A stretch of 64,000 nucleotides of DNA from an uncultured Candidatus Rokubacteria bacterium. Lineage in GTDB: Bacteria; Methylomirabilota; Methylomirabilia; Rokubacteriales; CSP1-6. The DNA lies in contig CAWBMV010000013.1 of the NCBI GenBank assembly GCA_963789955.1, positions 44,339 to 108,338 on the forward strand, given 5' to 3'. The notes beneath the pieces are model-generated. The model was not told the DNA's origin. It was given only the letters and a program-made list of their open reading frames with translations, and ran no database searches. The position numbers were made by a program, and so were the translations under genes. Positions 22,141 through 32,864 of this stretch are shown one piece after another; positions within the stretch are counted from its first letter, which is position 1; every line of letters starts with the position of its first letter.

Positions 22141-23045
22141 ATGCGGTCAAGTATCGCCAGGAGCGCGACGCGGCGGGATCACGCGACGCCCGCCACACGG
22201 CGCGGCGCCCTGCTGGTGGCCTGCGCGGCCGTGTGCTGGAGCAGCGGCGGGCTCATCGTCCGGCTCGTCGGCACGAGCCCCTGGACCACCAGCCTCTGGC
22301 GCAGCGTGTTCGCCTCGCTCTTCCTGGCCGCTCTGCTGTCGGTCGTCCGCGGCCGTAGCATCGTCGCGCAGTGGCGCGAGGGCGGGCGCCCGGTCGTGCT
22401 CGTCGCCGCGTGCATGGCGGCGGCGTCCACGTGCTTCATCTTCTCGCTGGCCTACACGTCGGTGGCCAACACCTTGATCCTCATGTCCACGGGCCCCTAC
22501 GTCGCGGGCCTGCTCGGCTGGATCTGGCTCGGCGAGCGGGTCGCGCTGCGGACCTGGGTGACGATGAGCGTCGCCCTCGCGGGCACGGTGGTGATGGTGT
22601 CCAACTCCTACGCGCACGGGACGCGGTCGGCGATCTGCTCGCGATCGTCATGGCGGTGAGCTTCGCGGTCGCGACGGTCCTGGTGCGCCGCCACCCCGAC
22701 ATCCAGATGACGCCCGCGGCGGCGCTCTCGACGGCGCTCACGGGATTGATCGCGCTCCCGCTCGCCGACCCGTTCGCGATCTCGGCGCGCGACTTCGGCG
22801 CTCCTGGCGTTCTTCGGTGTGGGACAGTTCGGCGCGGGCTTCCTGCTCTTCATGACGGGCGCCCGGCTGCTTCCCGCCGCGGAGACCGCGCTGATCGGCA
22901 TGCTCGAGACCGTCCTGGGACCACTCTGGGTCTGGCTCATCCTCAGCGAGCGCCCGAGCACAGCCTCACTGGCCGGCGGCGCCTTGATCCTCGCCGCCCT
23001 CGTCGCCAACACCGTCATCGACCTGCGTCAGCCCAGGAAGAGCTC
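22141..23045 (+). CDS. DMT/EamA-family transporter (frameshifted; 3' end approximate)
   Basis: Multiple TM segments; TSVANTL, LGERV, LETVLGPLWVWLILSERP. Confidence 0.8.
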
Positions 23046-24368
23046 GCAGGTATCCATCCACGCCTGTGTAGTCAGCGCCAGCGACTCGACGTCGATCCGC
23101 TCGTCGTTACCGTGGAACCGCCCCGACATCGCCTCGGACGTCAGCGAGCGCGAGAACAGACCGAAGCCGTACGCGACGGCGCCGTGCTCGCGGAAGTACG
23201 GCGCGTCGGTGAAGCCGACGATCAGGCGCGGGAGGAGCTTCGCGCCCGGATAGTGCCGATCGACCACCTTGCCGAGCACGTCCCAGAGCGGGGTGCCCGT
23301 GGGCGAGACCGACGCCTGCTTGGAGAAGAGCTTCTCGACGATCACTTCGTCCGAGAGGTCGCCCAGCGCCTTGTCGAGATGGCGCCGCACTTCGTCCTCG
23401 TTGTCGCCCGGGATCGTCCGGATGTCGACCTCGATGTCGACGACGTCCGGAATGACGTTGGTCTTCACGCCGCCCCGGCACATGTTCGGCGAGAACGTCG
23501 TGTGCGTCGCCGACCACGCCGACTTGGCCATGGTCGGCGGAAGCTTGCCGATCGTCTCGTCGACGCGTGAGGGATCGATCAGCGCCTCTTTCACCGCCGC
23601 GTCCAGATCGAGCGAGCCGACCACGCCGCGCCAGAGGTCGCTCACGTAGGGTGCCGGGCGGTAGTCCGCCAGCCGCGTGACGACATGCGCGGCCTTGATC
23701 AAGGCATTGTCCGCGCCGTACGGCATCGAGCCGTGACCGGGCGTCCCCTTCACACGCAACCGTCGCCAGGCCACGCCCTTCTCGCCCACGTGCACGGTGA
23801 CGTTCAGCTGGCCGTTGTGCGAGCTGACGGTGCCACCGTTCTCCGTCAGCAGATAATCCGCGCGGAGCGCGTCCCAGTGTCGCTTGCAGACATGCCCCGC
23901 GCCGTGCACGCCGCCCGCTTCTTCGTCGGCGCACGCGAGATAGACCAGGGTGCCCCGCGGCCGCCAGCCGCGCCGGGCCAGCGCCTTCAGGACGACCGCC
24001 TGCGAGGCGGTGAGATTCAGCATGTCGACCGCGCCGCGGCCCCACACTTCGCCGTTCACGAGCTCGCCGCCGAACGGGTCCCGCGTCCAGTGCGACGGCG
24101 TGACCGGCACGACGTCCGTGTGGCCCATCAGGCACAACGTCGGCGCGGCGGGATCCGTCCCCTCGATTCGGGTGACCAGGCTGGCGCGGCCGGGAGCGCC
24201 GTCGGGCTCGTAGACGTCGATGTCGAGGCCGCTGCCCTCGAGATACGAGCGCAGCAGCGCGCTGGTGCGCGCCTCGTGGCCGGACGCGACGGTGCCGTCG
24301 TTCACGCATTGGTTGCGGATCATCTGCTGCAGGAGCTCGACGGTTTCCCCCGTCAGCGTGTCGTTCAT
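23028..24368 (-). CDS. M20/M25/M40-family metallo-hydrolase
   Basis: GHTDVVP, WGRGAVDM, ADEEAGG, PGHGS, NVIP, FTDA, HGNDER. Confidence 0.93.
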   Translation of the reverse strand: MNDTLTGETVELLQQMIRNQCVNDGTVASGHEARTSALLRSYLEGSGLDIDVYEPDGAPGRASLVTRIEGTDPAAPTLCLMGHTDVVPVTPSHWTRDPFGGELVNGEVWGRGAVDMLNLTASQAVVLKALARRGWRPRGTLVYLACADEEAGGVHGAGHVCKRHWDALRADYLLTENGGTVSSHNGQLNVTVHVGEKGVAWRRLRVKGTPGHGSMPYGADNALIKAAHVVTRLADYRPAPYVSDLWRGVVGSLDLDAAVKEALIDPSRVDETIGKLPPTMAKSAWSATHTTFSPNMCRGGVKTNVIPDVVDIEVDIRTIPGDNEDEVRRHLDKALGDLSDEVIVEKLFSKQASVSPTGTPLWDVLGKVVDRHYPGAKLLPRLIVGFTDAPYFREHGAVAYGFGLFSRSLTSEAMSGRFHGNDERIDVESLALTTQAWMDTCELFLG

Positions 24369-24383
24369 GACTCTCCTCCTGGC

Positions 24384-25272
24384 TCAGACCTGCGTGTCCT
24401 TGAATCGGCGCAGCACGTCGAGATGTCCCTGGGGAAACTTGAGGCCCGAACCGCGCGGCTCGGCGATGACGGACGTGGCGCCGAGCGCCTTCCACGCGCT
24501 CACCTGCTTGGCCCAGCCGTCGGGGCTCTGGCCCGCGAGGCGAATGCGGCCCTCGAGCGGCAGCCGATCGGGATCACGGCCCGGCCTCGCGCGCGTAGCC
24601 GTGCACCCGGGCGACCAGCGCCCGGCCCTGGTCGTCGGGCGTGAGGTTCGGGCTCCAGCCGTCGGCCAGGCGACCGATTCGACGCAGCGCCGCCTCGGGC
24701 GGCACCGCGTGGTCGCGGCTGCCCACGCCGAACCAGACGGGAATCGGACGCTGGATCGGCATGGGATTCAGCCCGGCGTGGTCGATCCGATGAAACTCGC
24801 CGCGGAAGTCGACCACCGGCTGGGTCCACAGGGCGCGCATGACGGCGACCTGCTCGGCGCTGCGACGGCCGCGGTTCTCGAAGCGCTCGTTGAGCGCTTC
24901 GAACTCGACCGCGTTCCAGCCGACGCCGATCCCGAGCCGCATCCGGCCGCCGCTCAGCACGTCGATCTCGGCCGCCTGCTTGGCGACCAGCACCGTCTGG
25001 CGCTGCGGCAGGATCAGGATGCCGGTGGCGAGCGTGATCCGCTGCGTGATCGCGGCGAAGTACGCCATCAAGGTGAGCGACTCGTGGACGACGCTCTCGT
25101 GCGAGTAGTTGGCGAGCGACGGGTGTGAATGGAACTTCGGATCGGCGCCCAGCACGTGGTCGGCCACGAAGAGATGATCGAAGCCCATCGCCTCGACGGC
25201 GCGCACGAACTCGGCGATGGCGCCGACGTCCGCGCCGCACTCGGTCTGAGGAAAGATCACGCCGACCTTCAT
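24384..25272 (-). CDS. LLM-class, probably F420-dependent, oxidoreductase (frameshift near 24580)
   Basis: GFDHLFVADHV, ILILPQRQTVLVAKQAAEIDVLSGGR, GVGWN..EF. Confidence 0.9.
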
Positions 25273-25284
25273 CTCGGGTCCTTG

Positions 25285-25292
25285 AGTATACT
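25285..25292. promoter_or_regulatory. Palindromic AGTATACT giving a TATACT -10 box on both strands
   Basis: Lies in the 28-bp gap between divergent starts at 25272 (-) and 25301 (+). Confidence 0.5.
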
Positions 25293-25300
25293 TCCTCGCC

Positions 25301-26504
25301 GTGAGCGACGGGAGCGTCAGGCCGAGTGCGTGGCGCGTCGTCGCGGCGGCGACGGCCCTCAACACCCCGATCGGCTCGCTCTACGCGTTCAGCGTCTTCC
25401 TGAAACCGCTGGAAGCCCTCCTCGGGCTCAGCCGCGCCGACCTCGCGTTCGTCTTCGCGCTGGCGGCGGCCGGATTCGGCCTCGGGATGAACGTCGCGCC
25501 CTACGTCTACCGCCTCACGTCGCCGCCTATTCTGGTAATGGCGTGCGCCGCCTCGAGCGCCCTGGGCGCCGCGCTCGCCGCGACCGCGGGCGGCCTGCCG
25601 CAGCTGGCCATCGGCTACGGCGTGCTCTTCGGCGCCGGGGGCGGCGCGAGCTACATCCTCGTGCAGCAAGCGCTGAATCTCGCGGTGACTCGACGCCACG
25701 GCCTCGCGAACGGCTACGCGGTGAGCCTCTTACCGGCGGGCGCGATGATCGCCGCGCCGCTCTTCGGATGGTGCGTCGGCGCGCTCGGCGTCCGCGCCGC
25801 GCTGTGGGCGCTCGCCGTCGTGCTGGCCGTCACCGGCGTGATCAGTGCCTGGCTGATCGGCCGATCCGGCGTGCGGCTCGCCGCGATCGGCGCCGCCGAC
25901 GCGCCCGATGCCGACGAGCGCCGTCGCGTCGTGTTCTGGCAGCTCTGGCTCGTGTTCTTTCTGGCGGCGTCCGCCGGGCTGATGGTGCTGAGTCAAGCCG
26001 CCGGTATCATCGTGGCCTACGGCGGCGCGACCGCGATGGCCGTCTACGGCACGACGTTCATCGCCGGCACCATCGCGGTCGCGCGGGTCGGCGGCGGATG
26101 GATGGTCGACTGGCTCACGATCCCCACCGTCGCGGCGAGCGCCCACGCGATCGCGCTCGCCGGCAACGTCGCGCTGACCATCTGGCCGGGGCCGGGCGTG
26201 TCGGTGCTCTCCCTCGCCCTCGTGGGCGTGGGCTACGGCCTGATCTCCGGCGTCACGGCGGCGGCGGTGGCCGTCTACTGGCGACGCGCGCTGTACGGAC
26301 GCATCGCGAGCCGCCTCTATCTCGCGTGGTGCGCCGCCGCGATCGTGCTGCCGATCGCTCGCCGGCCGCTTGTTCGACCTGACGCAGAGCTATCGAACCG
26401 CGGTGCTGATCTCCGCGGGCGGCAATGCGCTCGGCATTCTCATCGCGCTCGGGCTGCCGCGCCACGGCGCGCCGCGGTTCGCGGAGCGGAGCCGCGAGGG
26501 GTGA
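25301..26504 (+). CDS. MFS transporter, OFA-like (frameshift near 26357)
   Basis: GSLYAFSVF, YGVLFGAGGG, about 12 hydrophobic segments, GRLFDLTQSY. Confidence 0.85.
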
Positions 26505-26544
26505 CCTGGCGCTCCGGGCGACGAGGCTGTTACCATGCCCGACG

Positions 26545-27393
26545 ATGCCGAAGATGCTCTCGCCGGCCCAGGTCGAACGCTACCAGGACGACGGATTCCT
26601 CTCGCCCAATGCCGCGCTCACGCGAGAAGAAGCCGCGGCGTGCCTGAGGAAGCTCGAGGCGTTCGAGCAGACGGTGGGCGGACCGCTGACCTCGGACGGC
26701 ACGGACGCGCGCTATCGCTCTCGCACCCACGTGCTGCTGTCCTGGGTGCACTCGCTCACGCGGCATCCCGCGATCCTCGACACCGTCGAGGACCTGATCG
26801 GCCCGAACATCCTCGTGTACACCTCCACGTGGTTCATCAAGGAGCCGGAGAGCGCGGCGATCGCCGCCTGGCATCAGGACGCGACGTATTTCGGCCTTCG
26901 CCCCTACGTGCACGTGACCGCGTGGCTCGCGCTGACCGACGCGACCGCCGAGAACGGCTGCATGGAGTTCCTGCCCGGTAGCCATCACGGCGGCCAGCGC
27001 CCGCATCGCGCCGGCGTCGTCGCGGGCAGCGTCAACCGCGCCGGTCAGGCGATCGTCGGCGAGATCGACGACCGGCCCGCCATGCACGCCCCGCTGCGCG
27101 CCGGCGAATTCTCTCTGCACCACACGCTCTGCCTGCACCGCTCGCAGCCGAATCAGTCGCGCGGACGTCGCGTCGGCCTCGCGATCAGCTACGTCCCGAC
27201 CTCGGTGCAGCATCTGGGCGTGAAGCACAAGACGCCCGCCATGCTCGTCCGCGGCGTCGACACCTACGGCCACTTCGATCTCGAGCCCCCGCCTGCCGCC
27301 GACCTCGACTCCGCGGCGCGCGCCGCCTACGAGCGTTCGTACGAAGGCTACCGCGCCGCCTACGCCGAGCAGGTGTCGCTCGAGCGCGCCTGA
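26545..27393 (+). CDS. PhyH-family Fe(II)/2-oxoglutarate dioxygenase
   Basis: WHQD, TAWLAL.DAT.ENGCM..LPGSH, LRAGEFSLHH, HRS.PN. Confidence 0.9.
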   Translation: MPKMLSPAQVERYQDDGFLSPNAALTREEAAACLRKLEAFEQTVGGPLTSDGTDARYRSRTHVLLSWVHSLTRHPAILDTVEDLIGPNILVYTSTWFIKEPESAAIAAWHQDATYFGLRPYVHVTAWLALTDATAENGCMEFLPGSHHGGQRPHRAGVVAGSVNRAGQAIVGEIDDRPAMHAPLRAGEFSLHHTLCLHRSQPNQSRGRRVGLAISYVPTSVQHLGVKHKTPAMLVRGVDTYGHFDLEPPPAADLDSAARAAYERSYEGYRAAYAEQVSLERA

Positions 27394-27410
27394 CCGCCTG
27401 GAGCCCGACG

Positions 27411-28667
27411 TCAGGCGCGATTTACCGGCGGGGCCGCGGCAGGAGTAGCCGCCAGCGCACGATCGCCGGCCAGATCCGCGGGCCGCAGCCACACGAACGC
27501 GAGCGCCCCGAGGAGCAGGGCGATCGTGACGTGGCCGAATGCCACGCCCCACCCCACGACACTGGCGCCGCCGAGGAGATCGAGCGTCGCGCCGAGCGCC
27601 AGTGGACCGAGAAACCCGCCGGCGTAGCCCAAGGTCGAGTGCACGGCGAGGGTCGCGCCGCGTCGGCCGGGCTCGGCGCTGCCGGCGCTGCCCGCCGTCA
27701 AGGACGACGAATCGGACCAGATCAGCATGGCGTAGAGCAGGATGAGCGCCGCCGCGCCCGCGTACGGGAGCGCCGCGCTGAAGCCGATTACGGCCGCCAG
27801 CGCCGCCGAGCTGAGCATCGTGCCCAGGATGAAGCGTCGTCGCCCGAATCGAATGGCGAGCTCGTTGCCCCACACGCTGGCCCACACTCCGACCAGACCC
27901 ATCACGCTCGCGACCGTCGCCGGCGCCAGCGGCGTCCACGCGCCGGGCGCCTGGGCGGCCACGAAGGTGAGAAACGCGACGACCCAGCCGCGCAGCGCGG
28001 ACATTTCCCACGTGTGCACGCAGTACGCGACCGAATAGGCGAGCGCCGATCGGTTGCGGAGAATCGGCCGGAAGTCGAGTAGCGCGCCGCGCGGGCCGGC
28101 GGCCGGCTTGAGTGGCCGTGACGGCAACCCGATGAGGACCAGTACAAACGCGAGCGCGGCCCCGAGCGCGCCCGGCACCAGCGCCCACTGCCAGCCGAGC
28201 CAGGCGTTCACGGCCCCGGCGACAGCGAACGAGAGCGCGCCGCTCACGCCGACCGCCGCCGCGTGCGCGGCGACGGCTCTCGACTGCTGCGGGCCTTCCG
28301 CCGCGTCGCTCAACGCCTTGAGCCCCGGCATGTAGCTGCCGGCCCAGCCGGCGCCCATCAATGCCCGGAACGCCAGCGCCGACCAGAAGCCGCTCGCGAC
28401 CCAGGCGAAGCCGGCGAAGGCGAGCGCGGTCAGCGCGACCGAGCCGAGATACACGCGCTTGGGATCCACGCGATCCGTCAGCGACGAGAGGAGCGGGACC
28501 ACGAGCGTGTAGGCGGCGTAGTAGATGCCGCTGATCCAGCCCGCCTCGGTGTTGCTGAGCGACCACGCGGTGATCAAGGTCGGCAGGAGCGCCGCCACGG
28601 CGAACGCGCCGATCTGGGCGCAGGCCTGGGCCGCGCACATCGCGATCACTGCGCGGTTCAAGGTCAT
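27411..28667 (-). CDS. MFS transporter
   Basis: LTDRVDPKR loop, about 12 TM segments, YMPGLKALSD. Confidence 0.9.
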   Translation of the reverse strand: MTLNRAVIAMCAAQACAQIGAFAVAALLPTLITAWSLSNTEAGWISGIYYAAYTLVVPLLSSLTDRVDPKRVYLGSVALTALAFAGFAWVASGFWSALAFRALMGAGWAGSYMPGLKALSDAAEGPQQSRAVAAHAAAVGVSGALSFAVAGAVNAWLGWQWALVPGALGAALAFVLVLIGLPSRPLKPAAGPRGALLDFRPILRNRSALAYSVAYCVHTWEMSALRGWVVAFLTFVAAQAPGAWTPLAPATVASVMGLVGVWASVWGNELAIRFGRRRFILGTMLSSAALAAVIGFSAALPYAGAAALILLYAMLIWSDSSSLTAGSAGSAEPGRRGATLAVHSTLGYAGGFLGPLALGATLDLLGGASVVGWGVAFGHVTIALLLGALAFVWLRPADLAGDRALAATPAAAPPVNRA

Positions 28668-28686
28668 CGCGTGACGAACGCGCCCG

Positions 28687-29649
28687 CTACGCGACCTTCA
28701 CGAGCTTCTGCAAGCTTCTGAGCCCCGGCGGATGCCCCTGCCCCTTGAAACGATTGCCCCAGTTGGTGTACGAGACCTCGCCCACGTAGATGTCGCCGCG
28801 CGAGTCGACGGCGAGCCCGTGCGGTGAGATGAACTGGCCGAGCTCGAGTCCGGCCGGGCGCTGGCCCAGGCGCGCCAGCAGCTCGCCCTTGTGGCTGTAG
28901 ATGCTCACGCGCGGTCCGATGTTGGGCATGTCGTAGTTCACGCCCATGCCGCCGCCGATCTCGCCGACGTAGAAGCGGCCCTGCCCGCCGCGCTCCATGT
29001 AGAGGCCGGACGGCCGGTGCATGTTGATCCACTGCGTCTCGAACTTGCCGTTGCCGTCGAACACCTGGACGCGATGGTTCTCGCGGTCGGCGACGTAGAC
29101 CCAGCCGTCGGCATCGCAGCAGATGTTGTGCGCGATGTTGAACTGGCCCGGGTCGGTCCCCGGCTCGCCCCACGAGCGCAGCAAGGTGCCGTTCGGCGCG
29201 AACTTGTGCACGCGCGAGTTGCCGTACCCGTCGGAGACGTAGATATCGCCCTGGGGCGACAGCGCGGTGTGCGTGCAGCGATGGAACGGCTCGCCGCTCA
29301 TGTAGGGCTTCGGCTTGCCGGGGATCCCCAAGGTCAGCAGCACCTTGCCGTCGAGCGTGCAGTGGCGGACCGTGTGATCGCCGTCGTCGGTCAGCCACAA
29401 GGTCTCGTCCGGCGCCATGTGCACGCCGTGCGCGCGCGGAAACAATCCCTCGCCCCACGAGCGCAGGAAGTTGCCGTCGCGATCGAGCACGACCATCGGG
29501 TGCTTGCCGCGGTTGAATGCGTACACGCGATCCTGCGTGTCCACGCCGACCGCGGCGACGTCGGCGTTGAACTCTTGCCCGGGCGGCAGCTTCGCCCAGT
29601 TGTCGACGACCTCGTAGCGATGCGCGCCCGTTCCCAGGATGATCGGCAT
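28687..29649 (-). CDS. NHL-repeat protein, peptidyl-alpha-hydroxyglycine alpha-amidating lyase (PAL)-like
   Basis: YVSDGYGNSRVHKF, WGEPG..PGQF, YVADRENHRVQVFD, PHGLAVDSRGDIYVGEV. Confidence 0.85.
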   Translation of the reverse strand: MPIILGTGAHRYEVVDNWAKLPPGQEFNADVAAVGVDTQDRVYAFNRGKHPMVVLDRDGNFLRSWGEGLFPRAHGVHMAPDETLWLTDDGDHTVRHCTLDGKVLLTLGIPGKPKPYMSGEPFHRCTHTALSPQGDIYVSDGYGNSRVHKFAPNGTLLRSWGEPGTDPGQFNIAHNICCDADGWVYVADRENHRVQVFDGNGKFETQWINMHRPSGLYMERGGQGRFYVGEIGGGMGVNYDMPNIGPRVSIYSHKGELLARLGQRPAGLELGQFISPHGLAVDSRGDIYVGEVSYTNWGNRFKGQGHPPGLRSLQKLVKVA

Positions 29650-29654
29650 GAGAC

Positions 29655-30635
29655 TCACCCTCCCTTGAGGTAGTCCGCGAAGTAGTCCTCGGTCGTGATC
29701 TGACGACTGGTCAGGCCCAGCCGGAACGCCTCGCCCGCGAACGCCTCGATCTGGGAGCGATTCCGCTCGAGCCCATAGGGATGGAAGTCCTCGCCCATCA
29801 CGGCCGCCGTCTCCTCGAGCTCGGCCTCGAGCCACGGCGTCGCGTACGGGAATCCCTTCTGCGCGGCGGTGAAGCAGTCGTTGGCGGCGATGAACGCCTC
29901 GGTGAGGCTCCGCGCGATCCTCGGATTCGCCTCCCACGCCTCGCGGCGCAGGACGATCAGGTGCTGCGGCGGAAACGCGCCGGTCTTGAGAAAGTACTCC
30001 TGCTCGACCAGGCGGAAGTCCGGGAAGAGGCGCACGATCGGACCCGTTCTCGGGTGATAGGCCTCGGGGCGCGGCGGGCTGTAGATCGCGTCGAGCTCAC
30101 CGGCGATCAGCATGTCCGACAGCGACCGCCCCTTGGCCGGCGCGTTCACGCCCGGCGGCAAGGTCTGGTCCATCGGCGCGGACCACGGCGTGTCGATGTC
30201 GCCGATCCACCACTGGATCGTCGACGGCTCGAGCCCGATGAACCGGAGAAAATGCCGGTACCAGATCGAGCCGCTGGCGGTGTAGCTGTACATGCCGATC
30301 CGCTTGCCGGCCAGCTCGGCCGCCGACCGGATCGGGCCGCCTCGCCGGATGTAGAGATCGCGCGCGGTGAAGTTGCGCAGCGGGAACACGGGAATGCCGA
30401 CGTAGCGGCGATCGCCCTTGTCGATGCGGTAGAGATACTGCGCCATCGACCACTCTCCGCCCTGCACCGCCGGGTCCTGGACGGCGCGACGGAGCATCTC
30501 GGCACGCGCCGGCCACGAGCCGCGACTGCCCAGGATCATCGTGAGCGCGATGCCGTCCGGCTTCACCTCGCCGGTCGCGAGCGGCATGATGCGCGCGTAG
30601 TCGGCGCAGGTCAGCGTGATCGGGATGTCAGCCAT
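29655..30635 (-). CDS. 4,5-dihydroxyphthalate-decarboxylase-like protein (periplasmic-binding fold)
   Basis: LTCADYAR..PL..GEV.PDGI, IPVFP.R.F, LAGKRIG, GELDA, VRLFPDF, PYGLERN. Confidence 0.8.
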   Translation of the reverse strand: MADIPITLTCADYARIMPLATGEVKPDGIALTMILGSRGSWPARAEMLRRAVQDPAVQGGEWSMAQYLYRIDKGDRRYVGIPVFPLRNFTARDLYIRRGGPIRSAAELAGKRIGMYSYTASGSIWYRHFLRFIGLEPSTIQWWIGDIDTPWSAPMDQTLPPGVNAPAKGRSLSDMLIAGELDAIYSPPRPEAYHPRTGPIVRLFPDFRLVEQEYFLKTGAFPPQHLIVLRREAWEANPRIARSLTEAFIAANDCFTAAQKGFPYATPWLEAELEETAAVMGEDFHPYGLERNRSQIEAFAGEAFRLGLTSRQITTEDYFADYLKGG

Positions 30636-30641
30636 GATTCC

Positions 30642-31909
30642 TCACTGGTTTTGTCCGAACAGATCGCCATCCGGCCATCGCTTCACCTTGCCCTTGGCGG
30701 CCCACAGGCCCCGGTCGGCCTCACCTCTGAAACCACCACGATCCTGCGGCCGGCTGTTGAACGCGACGACCCAGGCGAACCCATCGGCCGTGCGAACAGC
30801 CAACGCGTTTGTCCCGGGCAGCGAGCCGGTGTGGAACAGGTTGGCGCCGTGCGTGATGGGTCGGATACGGATGCCGAGGCCGTAGAACACACCGTTGCCG
30901 CTCGCTTCGTCCCCGTCGGCCGTCCCCGCTTCCAGCCTGGTGCGCGCGTTCATCTCGGCGAGAATCGCGGCGTTCAGAAGAGCCGCGCCGCGCCGGCCGT
31001 CGATCCCCAGGATGAAGCGCAGGTAGTCGACGGGCGCGCCGATCCAGCCGCCATACGAGTCCATCGTCTCCAGCGCGAAGGCGCCGTAGGGCTGCGGCGC
31101 GATTTTCAGGCCGAGACCCGGCATCGCTTTCACTTCCTTCGCTCCGCGGTAGTCGTAGTACGTCACTTCGCCATCCGCCGGCCGCAAGGTGTGGCCGATC
31201 GTCATGCGGGTCGCCCCGACCGGCCCCAGAACGTGCTGGCGCACGTGCGTCTCGTACGTCACGCCCGTCACCCGCTCGACGACACGCCCGAGGATACAGT
31301 AGCCGATGTTGGAGTAGGCGAAGCGCTCACCCGGCGCGAAGTCGAGCTTGCGCTCGAGCGTATCGCGCATGATCGTCGGACAGTCCGGCGGAAGCGGCCC
31401 GCCCTGGCGCTGAACCGCATCGACCGCCCCCGGCATGAACACGACGTCCCCGGAGCGGTTGCGGTCGAAGCCGCCCGAGTGCTGGAGCAGGTGGCGCACC
31501 GTGATGTCGTGGACGCGCGAATCCGTGATCCGGTCGGCACGCGGACCGATGATCGCCGAGAGGATCGGCACGATCTTGTCGTCGAGCTTGAGCCGGCCGT
31601 CCTGCACGAGCTGAAGCACGGCGACCGCCGTGACCGTCTTGGACAGGCTCGCGAGACGGAATCGGCTGGTGGGCGCCACCGCGATGCGACCGTTCTTTGT
31701 TGGCGAGCCCGTAGCCCCGCACCAGCACGAGCTTGCCCTGGTGAGCGACCGCGAGCCCGGCGCCGGGCACGTCCCACTTCTTGATCAGCGCCGTCATCAT
31801 CTCGTCGTAGGATCTCGAGGCCCGGCAGCGCGGCTCCCGTCGGCTCGGCTCGCGCCTCGGCGGCGCCGAGGGCGACGAGCAGAGCCGCGACGAGGACGAG
31901 CCGCTTCAC
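30642..31909 (-). CDS. Secreted serine hydrolase, beta-lactamase class C-like (frameshifted)
   Basis: Signal peptide; FRLASLSK (SxxK), LLQHSGG, YSN, HTG. Confidence 0.9.
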
Positions 31910-32853
31910 GCCTTCTTGTTCGCCTCGAAGATCGCCCGCGGATTCGTCACGAGCATCTGCTCGATCTGATCCTCCTTGACACCCGCCTTGCGGAGCGCCG
32001 GGAGGATGTCGTCCGGGATGTGGTTGTAGTTCCACTGCGGCCGCGTCCGGCGCTTGGCTTCCTCCGACAGCATGTCCGACCAGCAGTTGGCGTCGTGCGA
32101 GAGAACCATCTTGCCCGCGTAGCCCTCGGCGCAGAGACGCGCGACCACCTCCACCCGCTTCGACGTGGTCAGGAAGTTCTCGAGGCCGAAGCGGTCCATC
32201 CCGATCGTGCTCCCCCGCTCCATGAGCCCGCGCAAGTAGCCGAGATCCTCGCTGTCGCCGCTGTGGCCGATGATGACGCGGCTCAGGTCGACGCCCTCCT
32301 GGGCGAAGATCGCCTGCTGCATCTCGCCGGTCCGCCCGGCCGCCCACGTGTGCGTCGAGATCGGCACGCCGGTCGCCTTCTGCGCGCGCGCGGAGGCGCG
32401 CAGGACGTTGTCGATCACCGGCGTCACGCCGGCCGTGTCGGTCGCGCACTTGATGATCGCGGCCTTGACGCCGCTGTTGGCGATGCCCTGGGTGATGTCG
32501 CGGATGAACAGATCGGCGACCGCGTCGACGCCGTGCGCGCTGAAGTAGCGCTGCGGCATCCACCACACGCCGGTGGCGACGACGATGTGCACGCGCGAGC
32601 GGCGCGCGACCCCGAGGATCAGGTCGATGTCGCGCCCGAGATCGACGGTGGTCAGGTCGACGATCGAGCGGATGCCACGGCTGTAGAGCTCGGCCATCTT
32701 CCGCTCGGCGATATCCAGAATGCCGTTGCGGTCCCACAGATGCGGCCAGTTCTCCTGCACACCCGGGGAGCGCGTGACGACGTGCTCGTGCATCAGCGTG
32801 GGCCCCAGCTCGGTCGTCGCGATCGGACCCAGCGCGGTCTGGACGGTGGTCAT
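31906..32853 (-). CDS. Phosphotriesterase-family protein (PTE/PLL lactonase-like)
   Basis: TLMHEH, DLGRD, IIKCA, STHT, IGHSGD, MDRFG, LSHD. Confidence 0.92.
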   Translation of the reverse strand: MTTVQTALGPIATTELGPTLMHEHVVTRSPGVQENWPHLWDRNGILDIAERKMAELYSRGIRSIVDLTTVDLGRDIDLILGVARRSRVHIVVATGVWWMPQRYFSAHGVDAVADLFIRDITQGIANSGVKAAIIKCATDTAGVTPVIDNVLRASARAQKATGVPISTHTWAAGRTGEMQQAIFAQEGVDLSRVIIGHSGDSEDLGYLRGLMERGSTIGMDRFGLENFLTTSKRVEVVARLCAEGYAGKMVLSHDANCWSDMLSEEAKRRTRPQWNYNHIPDDILPALRKAGVKEDQIEQMLVTNPRAIFEANKKA

Positions 32854-32864
32854 ATCGATCTCCT

